A stretch of 64,000 nucleotides of DNA from the NCBI GenBank assembly GCA_013285465.1, contig CP053449.1, positions 1,445,540 to 1,509,539 on the forward strand, in the 5' to 3' direction. Positions 1-8,923 of this stretch are shown here, one piece after another (position 1 is the first letter of the stretch; each line of letters begins with the position of its first letter). The notes beneath the pieces were generated by a model that had not been told where the DNA came from, made no database searches, and was given only the letters and a program-made list of their open reading frames with translations. The translations under genes were made by a program, and so were the position numbers. Origin of the DNA: Pseudomonadota bacterium. Lineage in GTDB: Bacteria > Pseudomonadota > Alphaproteobacteria > Micavibrionales > CSBR16-224.

Positions 1-785
1 TTTTCTTGCATGTACGAGTTCAGAAACCTAACAAGGCTCCCGTGATATCGTAAATATTCGTCAGAAAATGCAAAAAACCGTAATATCAACTCCTGCTTAG
101 ATAAGCGATACTTCTCTTTAGGCTTCATTTTATTAAGCTTACGCCAAGGAGGGTATTCGTCAAGATGCTTAAGTAAGTTGTTAAATGAGCCACTATAAAT
201 GCAATTGCGAATTTCTTGGTTGTTTAATTTCATTCCACCGGAGTTAAGACGATGAAAAATTGTAAATAAATATTCCATATGTGATTTTTTGCTATAATCA
301 CACCTTAGAACAGTGACTGGGATAGTTAAGTTTTCAACAAGACTGTAATATCCCTTTCCCGCATCTGTGCCCTCTTTTATATCCGCGACTGATTTTCCGG
401 CTATTTCTGGGATAATATCGCTCAAACTTGATAAAACCCAATCCTTCCCCTCTAAAAACCTAATAATAGCGGATATTCTTTGTAAACCATCAATAACAAG
501 CCATTTTTTTGACTTGTAATCCAAACTAAAACACATGCTCGGGATAGGCAGTTGCTTAATCAAAGAATCTATAAAGCGAGTTTGCGCAGCATCCTGCCAG
601 ACTACATCTCGTTGAAATTCTGGCTTAATATCTAAAACTCCTTGCTTATGCATTCTAAAAAGATCTGCACATGATCGTAATTCATTATAGGAAATAATAT
701 CACTAGGCGGCGTCTCGTTGCTGTCGTCTTCAAACGATTGAAGTTCTTCTAGTTTTTCTAAAGGTAATTCATGTTGTTGAGGCAT
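1..785 (-). CDS. DUF262 (ParB/Srx-like) domain protein, N-terminal 261 codons only; gene continues past the window start
   Basis: Absent from the ORF track because it runs off the window. Hand translation of the minus strand from ATG 785..783 stays open to base 1: MPQQHELPLEKLEEL...KPEFQRDVVWQDAAQTRFIDSLIKQLPIPSMCF...KKWLVIDGLQRISAIIRFL...FHRLNSGGMKLNNQEIRN. The FQRxxVW, DGxQR and NxGGxxL blocks are the DUF262 signature. Very AT-rich relative to adjacent tldD. Confidence 0.75.
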   Translation of the reverse strand, partial: MPQQHELPLEKLEELQSFEDDSNETPPSDIISYNELRSCADLFRMHKQGVLDIKPEFQRDVVWQDAAQTRFIDSLIKQLPIPSMCFSLDYKSKKWLVIDGLQRISAIIRFLEGKDWVLSSLSDIIPEIAGKSVADIKEGTDAGKGYYSLVENLTIPVTVLRCDYSKKSHMEYLFTIFHRLNSGGMKLNNQEIRNCIYSGSFNNLLKHLDEYPPWRKLNKMKPKEKYRLSKQELILRFFAFSDEYLRYHGSLVRFLNSYMQE

Positions 786-811
786 AGGTTTAATACTCTC
801 TGCTTTTCATT

Positions 812-2293
812 TTACGCCGCCGTACCGCCGACCGTCATACCGTCAATACGCATGGTCGGCTGGCCGACACCGACGGGAACACCCTGACCGTCTTTGCCGC
901 AAGTGCCGATTCCCGCATCCAGCTTCATGTCATTGCCGATCATGCTGACGCGTTTTAAGGCTTCGGGGCCGCTGCCGATCAGCGTTGCGCCTTTCACAGG
1001 AGCGGTAATCTTGCCGTCTTCAATCAGATAGGCTTCCGAGGCTTCAAAAACGAATTTCCCCGAGGTAATATCCACCTGCCCGCCGCCGAAATTCACAGCA
1101 TAAAGGCCGTTTTTGACTGATTTCAGAATATCTTCCGGCTCATCCTGCCCGTCCAGCATATAGGTATTGGTCATACGCGGCATCGGCGCATATTCGTAAC
1201 TTTCACGGCGACCGTTTCCTGTCGGCTCACGCCCCATCAATTTCGCGTTCAAACGGTCTTGCATATAGCCGACCAGAATACCGTCTTCAATCAGCACATT
1301 TCGCTGTGTCGGCGTGCCTTCATCATCAATGGTCAGAGAACCGCGACGATCCGGCAAAGTGCCGTCATCCACCACCGTCACACCTTTTGCCGCGACGCGT
1401 TCACCCAGAAGCCCCGCAAAAGCAGATGTGCCCTTGCGGTTAAAATCACCTTCCAGCCCGTGACCGACGGCTTCATGCAGCAAGACGCCCGGCCAACCCG
1501 GACCGAGAACAACCGTCATTTCCCCCGCAGGCGCCGCCACGGCATCCAGTTTCACCGTTGCCTGACGCAGGGCTTCATCCGCCACTTGTTTCCAGGCATC
1601 ATCTTTCAGAAACAGCGTATAATCCTGCCGTCCGCCGCGGCCATCATGACCGCTTTCCATTTTTCCGTCCGCTTCCAGCACAACACTGACATCCAGCCGC
1701 ACCAACGGGCGGATATCGGCGCGCGCATCGCCGCCGGCGCACAGTATCTGCACAGCCTTCCATGATCCCGTCATACTGACGGAGACCTGACGGATACGGT
1801 TATCTTTGCTGCGGATATAGCTGTCAATATCTTGCAACAATTTGATCTTATCGGCAAAGGCCACACCTGCCACAGGGTCATTGGCGCTGTAGAGTTTTTT
1901 CTTCGGCGCGGGCGGTTTTTCCTGCATGGCCATCGCGACCATATTACCGCTTTGCGCCTGTTTCATGGTTTGCGCCAGTTCCGCCGCCTCTTTCAGGGAA
2001 TGTTCCTTCATATCCGAGGAATGACCATAGGAAAAACGGTCTTCCAGCACACCGCGCAGACCAAAGCCGCGTTCGGTATCAAAACTGGCTTCTTTCAACT
2101 GCCCGTCATCCCAGACCAGCGCCTCGGACAGCGCATATTCCAGATACAGCTCACCGTCATCACAGGAAGACAGTGCCTCATCAACGATTTTAATGGTTTT
2201 CCCCTGCTCCAGCCCGCTTTGTGCGCCGAAAAACAAATGGTCGGTGACGGCAACGGGATCGGATGTGTCTGTCGCAACAGCTGAGTTCTGCAT
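812..2293 (-). CDS. tldD: metalloprotease TldD
   Basis: 493-aa ORF with ATG start. TldD/PmbA-family sequence with the [12 protein letters not shown] metal-binding motif and the C-terminal GTCGKDGQ block. Confidence 0.92.
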   Translation of the reverse strand: MQNSAVATDTSDPVAVTDHLFFGAQSGLEQGKTIKIVDEALSSCDDGELYLEYALSEALVWDDGQLKEASFDTERGFGLRGVLEDRFSYGHSSDMKEHSLKEAAELAQTMKQAQSGNMVAMAMQEKPPAPKKKLYSANDPVAGVAFADKIKLLQDIDSYIRSKDNRIRQVSVSMTGSWKAVQILCAGGDARADIRPLVRLDVSVVLEADGKMESGHDGRGGRQDYTLFLKDDAWKQVADEALRQATVKLDAVAAPAGEMTVVLGPGWPGVLLHEAVGHGLEGDFNRKGTSAFAGLLGERVAAKGVTVVDDGTLPDRRGSLTIDDEGTPTQRNVLIEDGILVGYMQDRLNAKLMGREPTGNGRRESYEYAPMPRMTNTYMLDGQDEPEDILKSVKNGLYAVNFGGGQVDITSGKFVFEASEAYLIEDGKITAPVKGATLIGSGPEALKRVSMIGNDMKLDAGIGTCGKDGQGVPVGVGQPTMRIDGMTVGGTAA

Positions 2294-2371
2294 GGCATTT
2301 CTCCTTTGCCAAAAAGAGTAACATTCTTTATTGTTTCAGAACAACTCTCAAATCAAAACGGACAGGAATTC

Positions 2372-3979
2372 ATGAGCGTTATCGAAAGCCGGATCAACAC
2401 CTCCTCCCCCGAATTTCAGGAAAATGCGGCGGCAATGCAGGAGACCGTCGCGGATATGAAAGTCAAGCTGGGCGATATTCTGGTCGGCGGCCATGAACAT
2501 GCGCGGGAAAAACACACATCCCGTGGCAAATTACTGCCGCGTGACCGCGTCAATACGCTGCTGGATGCAGGTTCTCCCTTTCTGGAGCTGTCGCAATTCG
2601 CCGCCCATGACGTCTATGACGACCACGTTCCTGCCGCCGGTATCATCACAGGCATCGGGCGCATTTCGGGACAGGACTGCATGGTGGTTGCCAATGACGC
2701 CACTGTTAAAGGCGGCACTTACTATCCGTTGACGGTCAAAAAACATCTGCGCGCACAGGAAGTCGCGGCGCAAAACAATCTGCCCTGCATCTATCTGGTC
2801 GATAGCGGCGGCGCATTCCTGCCGAAACAGGATGAAGTCTTCCCCGATAAGGAACATTTCGGGCGCATCTTTTATAATCAGGCCAATATGTCGGCGGCGG
2901 GTATTCCGCAAATTGCCGTCGTTATGGGCTCCTGTACTGCGGGCGGCGCCTATGTGCCCGCCATGGCCGATGAATCAATCATCGTGCGGGATCAGGGCAC
3001 GATTTTTCTCGGCGGGCCACCGCTGGTGAAAGCCGCGACAGGCGAAATCGTCTCTGCCGAAGATCTTGGCGGCGCGGATGTTCATTGCCGCAAATCGGGC
3101 GTCACCGACCATTATGCGGAAGATGACGATCATGCGCTGGCGCTGGCGCGCCAGATTGTCGGCACGCTGAACCGCGTCAAACGTCCCGATCTGGATATCC
3201 GCACACCGGAAGAGCCCGCCTATGACCCGTCGGAGATTTACGGCATCATCCCGAAAACCAGCCGCAAACCCTATGATGTGCGCGAAGTCATCGCCCGTAC
3301 CGTTGATGGCAGCCGCTTTGACGAGTTCAAAAAACTCTATGGCGAAACGCTGGTTTGCGGCTTCGCACATATTCACGGCATGCCTGTCGGTATTCTGGCC
3401 AATAACGGCATTCTGTTTTCCGAATCCGCGCTGAAAGGCGCGCATTTCGTTGAAATGTGCAGCAAACGCCGTATTCCGCTGGTGTTCTTGCAAAATATCA
3501 CCGGCTTTATGGTCGGACAGAAATACGAAGCCGGCGGCATTGCCAAAGACGGTGCCAAGCTGGTCCATGCTGTTTCCTGTGCACAAGTGCCGAAATTCAC
3601 AATGCTGATCGGCGGCAGTTTCGGCGCCGGCAATTACGGCATGTGTGGTCGTGCCTACAACCCCCGCCTGCTGTTCAGCTGGCCGAATTCCCGCATTTCC
3701 GTGATGGGGGCCGAACAGGCCGCGACGGTGCTGGCAACCGTCAAGCGCGACGGCATCGAAGGAAAAGGCGGCAAATGGTCGAAAAAAGAAGAGGAGAGCT
3801 TCAAACAGCCGATCCTTGAGCAATATGAAACGCAGGGCCACCCCTATTACGCCAGTGCGCGGCTGTGGGATGACGGCATTATCGATCCTGCGGATACGCG
3901 CACGGTGCTTGGCCTCGGCCTTTCCGCCGCGCTGAACGCGCCCGTTGAAGAAACCAATTTCGGTATTTTCCGCATGTAG
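2372..3979 (+). CDS. mccB: acyl-CoA carboxylase carboxyltransferase (beta) subunit, methylcrotonyl-CoA carboxylase LiuB/MccB-like
   Basis: ORF 2306..3979 trimmed to ATG 2372 (AGGAA upstream; [22 protein letters not shown]). Diagnostic blocks: [66 protein letters not shown], and the C-terminal FGIFRM typical of LiuB/MccB-type carboxyltransferases. Confidence 0.85.
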   Translation: MSVIESRINTSSPEFQENAAAMQETVADMKVKLGDILVGGHEHAREKHTSRGKLLPRDRVNTLLDAGSPFLELSQFAAHDVYDDHVPAAGIITGIGRISGQDCMVVANDATVKGGTYYPLTVKKHLRAQEVAAQNNLPCIYLVDSGGAFLPKQDEVFPDKEHFGRIFYNQANMSAAGIPQIAVVMGSCTAGGAYVPAMADESIIVRDQGTIFLGGPPLVKAATGEIVSAEDLGGADVHCRKSGVTDHYAEDDDHALALARQIVGTLNRVKRPDLDIRTPEEPAYDPSEIYGIIPKTSRKPYDVREVIARTVDGSRFDEFKKLYGETLVCGFAHIHGMPVGILANNGILFSESALKGAHFVEMCSKRRIPLVFLQNITGFMVGQKYEAGGIAKDGAKLVHAVSCAQVPKFTMLIGGSFGAGNYGMCGRAYNPRLLFSWPNSRISVMGAEQAATVLATVKRDGIEGKGGKWSKKEEESFKQPILEQYETQGHPYYASARLWDDGIIDPADTRTVLGLGLSAALNAPVEETNFGIFRM

Positions 3980-3994
3980 AAAGGCGCATATGGC

Positions 3995-4735
3995 ATGACC
4001 TCCGCCTTTCTTTACATTCTGCTACCCAGCATTCTGGTGACCTCCTTTATTTCGGGGATTTTCGGCATGGCGGGCGGCATGATTATGATGGGGATTATCG
4101 CCTGGTTTCTGCCCGTCAATACAGCCATGGTGCTGCACGGCTTTGTGCAGATGACCTCAAACGGCTGGCGCGCCATTTTGCACCGCAAACACATCCAGTG
4201 GCCCATCATAAAATATTATCTGCCCGGTCTGCTTTGTGCGCTGGCGGCTTTTATGCTGCTGCAACTGGTCGTCAATAAGGCGGTGTTGTTTATCTTCCTC
4301 GGCGCGATGCCCTTTCTGCAATATCTGCTGCCGAAAAATGCGGCGATGAATATCGAGAAACCCAAACACGCTTTTCTTGCCGGTCTCGTTTTCTCGACAT
4401 TGCAGCTGCTTTGCGGCGTCAGCGGCCCGATTGTCGATCTGTTCTTTGTCAAATCCAAACTGAACCGCCACCAGATCATTGCCACCAAAGCCGTAACGCA
4501 GGGCTTTGGCCATATCATGAAAATTTTCTATTTCGGCGCGGTCGTCGCCTTAAATGAAGAGCTGCCCGCCGCCCTTTACATCACAGCTTTCCTTGCCGCC
4601 ATGATCGGCACCACCCTCTCCGGCTTTGTCCTGCACCGCATGACGGATCAGCAGTTCCGGCAATATTCACACGGGCTGATTATCGTCATTGCCCTTGTCT
4701 ATCTGGGGCGCGGGTTGTCCGAATATCTCGGCTGA
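3995..4735 (+). CDS. TauE/SafE (TSUP, DUF81) family anion exporter membrane protein
   Basis: 246-aa polytopic hydrophobic ORF with Gly-rich helices (FGMAGGMIMMGII) typical of the TSUP family. Confidence 0.75.
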   Translation: MTSAFLYILLPSILVTSFISGIFGMAGGMIMMGIIAWFLPVNTAMVLHGFVQMTSNGWRAILHRKHIQWPIIKYYLPGLLCALAAFMLLQLVVNKAVLFIFLGAMPFLQYLLPKNAAMNIEKPKHAFLAGLVFSTLQLLCGVSGPIVDLFFVKSKLNRHQIIATKAVTQGFGHIMKIFYFGAVVALNEELPAALYITAFLAAMIGTTLSGFVLHRMTDQQFRQYSHGLIIVIALVYLGRGLSEYLG

Positions 4736-4741
4736 ATATAT

Positions 4742-4770
4742 TTGACATAATAATAAAGAGGTGGTATTAT
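4742..4770 (+). promoter_or_regulatory. sigma70-type promoter candidate for 4808..5368
   Basis: TTGACA (4742..4747), a 17-nt spacer, then TATTAT (4765..4770). It sits in the AT-rich spacer after the TauE stop. The 14-mer TTGACATAATAATA is identical to 21708..21721. Confidence 0.45.
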
Positions 4771-4807
4771 TATCGCTTTCAATGACCTTTTGCAGAGTGC
4801 ATTTTAA

Positions 4808-5368
4808 ATGGCTGACGACAAGATACTGACGCAAAAATTTCAGGACACGCTGAAAAACCTCCGCAGCAATACGGAGACCTGTGCCGTGCTTGAGAAACTC
4901 AGCGCAGCCCTTAGTGACGTCCAGCAGGCGTTGGCACAGGAAGGTGTCGCCTTTGGCTTTTGCTTTTCACATTACGATACCATCTCTCCCACACTTTCCT
5001 CCGGTCTAAAGCAGAAATCCGATAAAATTCTGGAACGCTCTGTCACAAGGCAATGCGCCGTCACCTACCATATTGACGGGCAGGATTATTCTTTGGCGCT
5101 GGCACGTTTCAATGATACCCATTACCGCACGCATTGGGAATTTATCGGTAGCCACAGCTTTGAAGACCGTTCCAAAGAAAGAGATGACAACTATGATGCC
5201 GTCGTATCCCCAATAGAAAATTTTCGTTTTGATTCTGAGAACGAAAGCGATCCTTTGACCGATCTGAAGAGCTATCTTGTTGAACAGGCCGCAAAACAGA
5301 AATTCCTGCAAGCCTATGATGCAAAAAGCCAGCCGCGCCGTATCAAAAGAACCGCGCGTCCATCGTAA
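4808..5368 (+). CDS. hypothetical protein with basic C-terminus (distant paralog of 7755..8210)
   Basis: 186-aa ORF with ATG start and its own promoter-like element. No recognisable domain. Ends ...SQPRRIKRTARPS. Confidence 0.6.
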   Translation: MADDKILTQKFQDTLKNLRSNTETCAVLEKLSAALSDVQQALAQEGVAFGFCFSHYDTISPTLSSGLKQKSDKILERSVTRQCAVTYHIDGQDYSLALARFNDTHYRTHWEFIGSHSFEDRSKERDDNYDAVVSPIENFRFDSENESDPLTDLKSYLVEQAAKQKFLQAYDAKSQPRRIKRTARPS

Positions 5369-5383
5369 GAACTTCCCTGAAAT

Positions 5384-6436
5384 CTAGTTTAGGAAACGGC
5401 CGCTTTTATCGCTGCCGACTTTCCCTTCAAATAACTCGACCTGTTCTTCAACAGCGCCGGAATCCTCAAAGGTCGCGATGTGAAAAGCCGCATCTCCCGC
5501 ATTGACCAGCGGCAGCGTTGCCAGACCGACGACAATCCCCGTCTTGCGGGCACGGATTTCGAAAACATCCCCGCCGAACGGGTCGGAGATAAGCCCCAGC
5601 AGCTGGTTCTTTTTGACTCTTGCCCCCAAATGCGTTTCCGCTTGCAGAATGCCGCTATGGGGGGCCCGCACCCAGTGCCGCGACCGCGCCACGAATACCG
5701 TCTTTTTCTTTTCATCCTCTTTCTCAGCCGGCGTTTTCTTACGCGTACGCGGCAACATGCCGATCTGCCGCATCACCGACAAAACACCCTGCAAGCCGCA
5801 GCGTATGACCTGTTCATTGAATTTCAGCGCTTCGCCGCCCTCAAACAATACCAGCGGAATGCCGCGCTCATCCGCTGCTTCACGCAAAGAACCATCAACG
5901 AAATTGGCATTAATCAACACCGGCACTTTGAAAGCATGCGCCATCTCCAGCACCGCCGGATCATCGAGATTGGCGCGGATATGCGGCAGATTGGCGCGGC
6001 TGAATCCCGCCGTATGCAGATCAATCCCATGTGTGCATTTTTCAAGAATCTCGGTGGTGAAAATATGCGCCAATTGTGCCGCCAATGATCCGTCACCGCT
6101 GCCGGGGAAATAGCGATTCAAATCACGGCCATCGGGCAAATAGCGGGACTTGGTGTTAAAGCCGAACACATTGACAATCGGCACGGCAATCAGCGTTCCT
6201 TTAATCTTGCCAAGCGCCTTATGCCCCAGCAACCGCCGTATAATATCGACACCGTTGATTTCATTTCCGTGAATGGCGGCGCAGACAAACAGGCGCGGCC
6301 CGTCTTTCTTGCCGCGGACAACTTCAATCGGCACATTCATTTCAGTGAAGTCATACAGCCGCGCGACATGCAGATTAACCCGCATCCGCTGCCCCGGTGC
6401 GATTGTTTCTCCTGCAATGATCAGATTCTCGCCCAT
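5384..6436 (-). CDS. succinylglutamate desuccinylase/aspartoacylase (AstE/AspA, M14-like) family protein
   Basis: 350-aa ORF with the HGNEINGV zinc-binding motif. Sits immediately downstream of rimK, a common pairing. Confidence 0.82.
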   Translation of the reverse strand: MGENLIIAGETIAPGQRMRVNLHVARLYDFTEMNVPIEVVRGKKDGPRLFVCAAIHGNEINGVDIIRRLLGHKALGKIKGTLIAVPIVNVFGFNTKSRYLPDGRDLNRYFPGSGDGSLAAQLAHIFTTEILEKCTHGIDLHTAGFSRANLPHIRANLDDPAVLEMAHAFKVPVLINANFVDGSLREAADERGIPLVLFEGGEALKFNEQVIRCGLQGVLSVMRQIGMLPRTRKKTPAEKEDEKKKTVFVARSRHWVRAPHSGILQAETHLGARVKKNQLLGLISDPFGGDVFEIRARKTGIVVGLATLPLVNAGDAAFHIATFEDSGAVEEQVELFEGKVGSDKSGRFLN

Positions 6437-6448
6437 TGATATCTGCCG

Positions 6449-7351
6449 TCAGCCTTTGTTCAAGCGTGATTTCTTCTTGGAGGCCGCCATGATTTCAAGA
6501 TGTTCAATCATCAGCGACGCAACATCTTTTCCTGTCGTTGTCTCAATGCCCTGCAATCCGGGAGAGCTATTCACTTCCAGAATCAGCGGCCCGCGGTCAG
6601 AGCGCACAATATCAACCCCTGCGACCTGCAGCCCCATCGCTTTGGTCGCGGCAACCGCCAATTTGCGCTCCGCCGGTGTGATCTTGACCTTTTCAGCGCT
6701 GCCGCCGCTGTGCAGGTTGGAACGGAAATCTCCCTCTGCAGCCTTGCGCATCATCGTTGCCACAACCTTCTCGCCGACGACAAAACAGCGAATATCCGCC
6801 CCGCCTGCCTCTTTGATAAATTCCTGCACCAGAAAATGCGCATCCAGACCGCGAAAGGCCTCAATCACGCTTTCCGCCGCTTTCTTGGTTTCCGCCAGAA
6901 TAACGCCTTTCCCCTGCGTGCTGTTCAACAGCTTGACAATCAGCGGCGCACCGCCGACAAGACTGATCAAATCACCGGTATTATGGGTGGAATGCGCAAA
7001 ACTGGTCGAGGGCATTCCCAGCCCCTTCCGCGCCAGCACCTGATGGGCACGCAACTTGTCACGGGCGCGAACAATTGCCAGCGATCCGTTCAGGCTGTGA
7101 ACACCGTCCATCTCGAACTGGCGCACCACAGCCGTGCCGTAAAAAGTGACGGAATTGCCGATACGCGGAATAACCGCATCAAATTCCAGTATCTCGTCAC
7201 GGAAATGCACATCCGGCTGGTTCGGATTGATATTCATGAAACAGCTAAGCACATCAATCACGCGTACCTTGTGGCCGCGCGCACGGGCGACGTCAAGCAG
7301 ACGTTTGGTGGAATAGATGGACGCATCGCGCGACAGGATACCGATCTTCAT
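6449..7351 (-). CDS. rimK: RimK-family ATP-grasp alpha-L-glutamate ligase
   Basis: 300-aa ORF: [34 protein letters not shown]..., with ATP-grasp blocks ([33 protein letters not shown]...ILEVNSSPG). Confidence 0.92.
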   Translation of the reverse strand: MKIGILSRDASIYSTKRLLDVARARGHKVRVIDVLSCFMNINPNQPDVHFRDEILEFDAVIPRIGNSVTFYGTAVVRQFEMDGVHSLNGSLAIVRARDKLRAHQVLARKGLGMPSTSFAHSTHNTGDLISLVGGAPLIVKLLNSTQGKGVILAETKKAAESVIEAFRGLDAHFLVQEFIKEAGGADIRCFVVGEKVVATMMRKAAEGDFRSNLHSGGSAEKVKITPAERKLAVAATKAMGLQVAGVDIVRSDRGPLILEVNSSPGLQGIETTTGKDVASLMIEHLEIMAASKKKSRLNKG

Positions 7352-7418
7352 TGCCGATCCTTTATTATTCTTATTGTTGCAGCTATGTCTTCGTCACGCG
7401 GGGATGCGGCACGGATGA

Positions 7419-7571
7419 TCAATAACCTTTATTATCGGCGGCAGAGCCGGAAATCGCCTCGCCCGCAGCCTTAAAGTCTTCGCCAACGCCCTGCATCGTA
7501 TTGCAGCCGCTGATGGATAAAACGGACACTAAAAACAGTGCCGCCGTAAAAATTCTGATCGTCTTTGCCAT
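7419..7571 (-). CDS. entericidin A/B-family small lipoprotein (50 aa)
   Basis: Below the ORF-track size cutoff. GGAGGA SD lies 5 nt upstream of ATG 7571. Translation is MAKTIRIFTAALFLVSVLSISGCNTMQGVGEDFKAAGEAISGSAADNKGY, with lipobox ISGC followed by CNTxxGxGxDxxxxGE, the entericidin pattern. Confidence 0.65.
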   Translation of the reverse strand: MAKTIRIFTAALFLVSVLSISGCNTMQGVGEDFKAAGEAISGSAADNKGY

Positions 7572-7669
7572 TGATTCCTCCGTCAATCTTGTAAAAAATC
7601 CGTCTTCATCCTACACAAAGCGCTGCAAAAGAAAAACAGCTTTCTTTTGTATGGGGAACGGCTTTTTAT

Positions 7670-7699
7670 TTGACATATCAATATATTTTCTGCTATTGT
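7670..7699 (+). promoter_or_regulatory. sigma70-type promoter candidate for 7755..8210
   Basis: TTGACA (7670..7675), an 18-nt spacer, then TATTGT (7694..7699) in an AT-rich spacer. Confidence 0.35.
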
Positions 7700-7754
7700 A
7701 ATTATAACAAAAGTTATAACAACACCATTTAACCTTGGGGAGTACCAATCAGCC

Positions 7755-8210
7755 ATGCATGACAAAAAGTCTCTGTCGCAAATTTTTGAGACCCATATTC
7801 AAGCGCAGGAAAGCAGCGCATCGCAGAAAGCCTTGAAAATGTTTTTTGCCGCCATGGATAATGTGCGCACGGTTCTGTCCGGGCAAGATATCCCCTTAAC
7901 GGTTGATTTGCATCCCGTTGGTACGGAAAAAAATAACGTGATGCATGATCTGGGCGGCGTTTACGGCAAACCGCTTTATCAGGGCACGGCCAAAATCGGT
8001 GAAACGCTGAGCTTTCCGGTCACATTGTTCGGCGGGTTTACAGGCGAATACGGGGTAAAACTCGGCACGGTCAGCGCGAAAAACTTTACCAATGACGATA
8101 CGATCGGCACTGTTCAGGAACATCTTGTACAGCATGCCGCACGCTATGTCGCTTTGCGGCAGGGTAATCAGACCCAAAAACGGCATCTTGACCGCCGCCA
8201 TGGCCGGTAA
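7755..8210 (+). CDS. hypothetical protein with basic C-terminus (distant paralog of 4808..5368)
   Basis: 151-aa ORF with ATG start. Its N- and C-terminal segments align without gaps to the 4808 product. Ends ...QKRHLDRRHGR. Confidence 0.6.
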   Translation: MHDKKSLSQIFETHIQAQESSASQKALKMFFAAMDNVRTVLSGQDIPLTVDLHPVGTEKNNVMHDLGGVYGKPLYQGTAKIGETLSFPVTLFGGFTGEYGVKLGTVSAKNFTNDDTIGTVQEHLVQHAARYVALRQGNQTQKRHLDRRHGR

Positions 8211-8215
8211 TTGAC

Positions 8216-8923
8216 TTAAGCCGCGTCTTCCAGGGATGTTTTATCGTAAGGAATGATTTTCCCGTCTTTCAGGGTCAGGATACGGTCGGTTTTCTGCGCC
8301 AGCTCCATATTATGGGTGACGATCAGCGCCGCCAGCTGCAATTCCGACACCATGCGCTTCAGCAAGGCAAAGACTTCTCCCGCCGTTTTCGGGTCCAGAT
8401 TCCCAGTCGGCTCATCCGCCAGCAGCAGCACCGGATTATTGGCCAGCGCCCGCGCAATCGCAACACGCTGCTGTTCCCCGCCCGACATTTCCGACGGATA
8501 ATGCCCGCCGCGTTCGGCGATTTTGACCATTTTCAAAAGATCATCGGCATTCTGCCGCGCATCCGCTTTCGGTACACCGGCAATCAGCTGCGGCAATATC
8601 AAATTTTCCTGCGCGGTGAAATCCGACAGCAGATAATGGAATTGATAAATAAAGCCGATTTTTTCACGGCGCAGGCGTGTGCGGGTTTCATCATCCGCAT
8701 GTTGCACAGCCATACCGTCCATATAAATCTCGCCGGATGTCGGACGGTCAAGAATGCCGGCAATCTGTAACAGGGTCGATTTCCCCGCACCGCTGGGTGC
8801 AACCAGCGCAACGCTTTCTCCCGCTTTAATCTCCAGATCGGCACCGGCCAGAATCTCCAGCGTACGACCGCCCTGCACAAAGCTTTTGGTAATATTTTTC
8901 AAAGACAGAATGGCTTTACTCAT
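8216..8923 (-). CDS. lolD: lipoprotein-releasing ABC transporter ATP-binding protein LolD
   Basis: ORF trimmed to ATG 8923 (MSKAILSLKNITKSF), overlapping the lolC stop by 8 nt. Walker A GAGKST, ABC signature SGGEQQRVAIARA, Walker B LLLADEPTG. Confidence 0.92.
   Translation of the reverse strand: MSKAILSLKNITKSFVQGGRTLEILAGADLEIKAGESVALVAPSGAGKSTLLQIAGILDRPTSGEIYMDGMAVQHADDETRTRLRREKIGFIYQFHYLLSDFTAQENLILPQLIAGVPKADARQNADDLLKMVKIAERGGHYPSEMSGGEQQRVAIARALANNPVLLLADEPTGNLDPKTAGEVFALLKRMVSELQLAALIVTHNMELAQKTDRILTLKDGKIIPYDKTSLEDAA

Noticed and set aside
5384-7351. rimK plus an AstE/AspA-like gene as a possible novel system
   Set aside because: This pairing is common in many bacteria. Both proteins look canonical and nothing unusual is seen.
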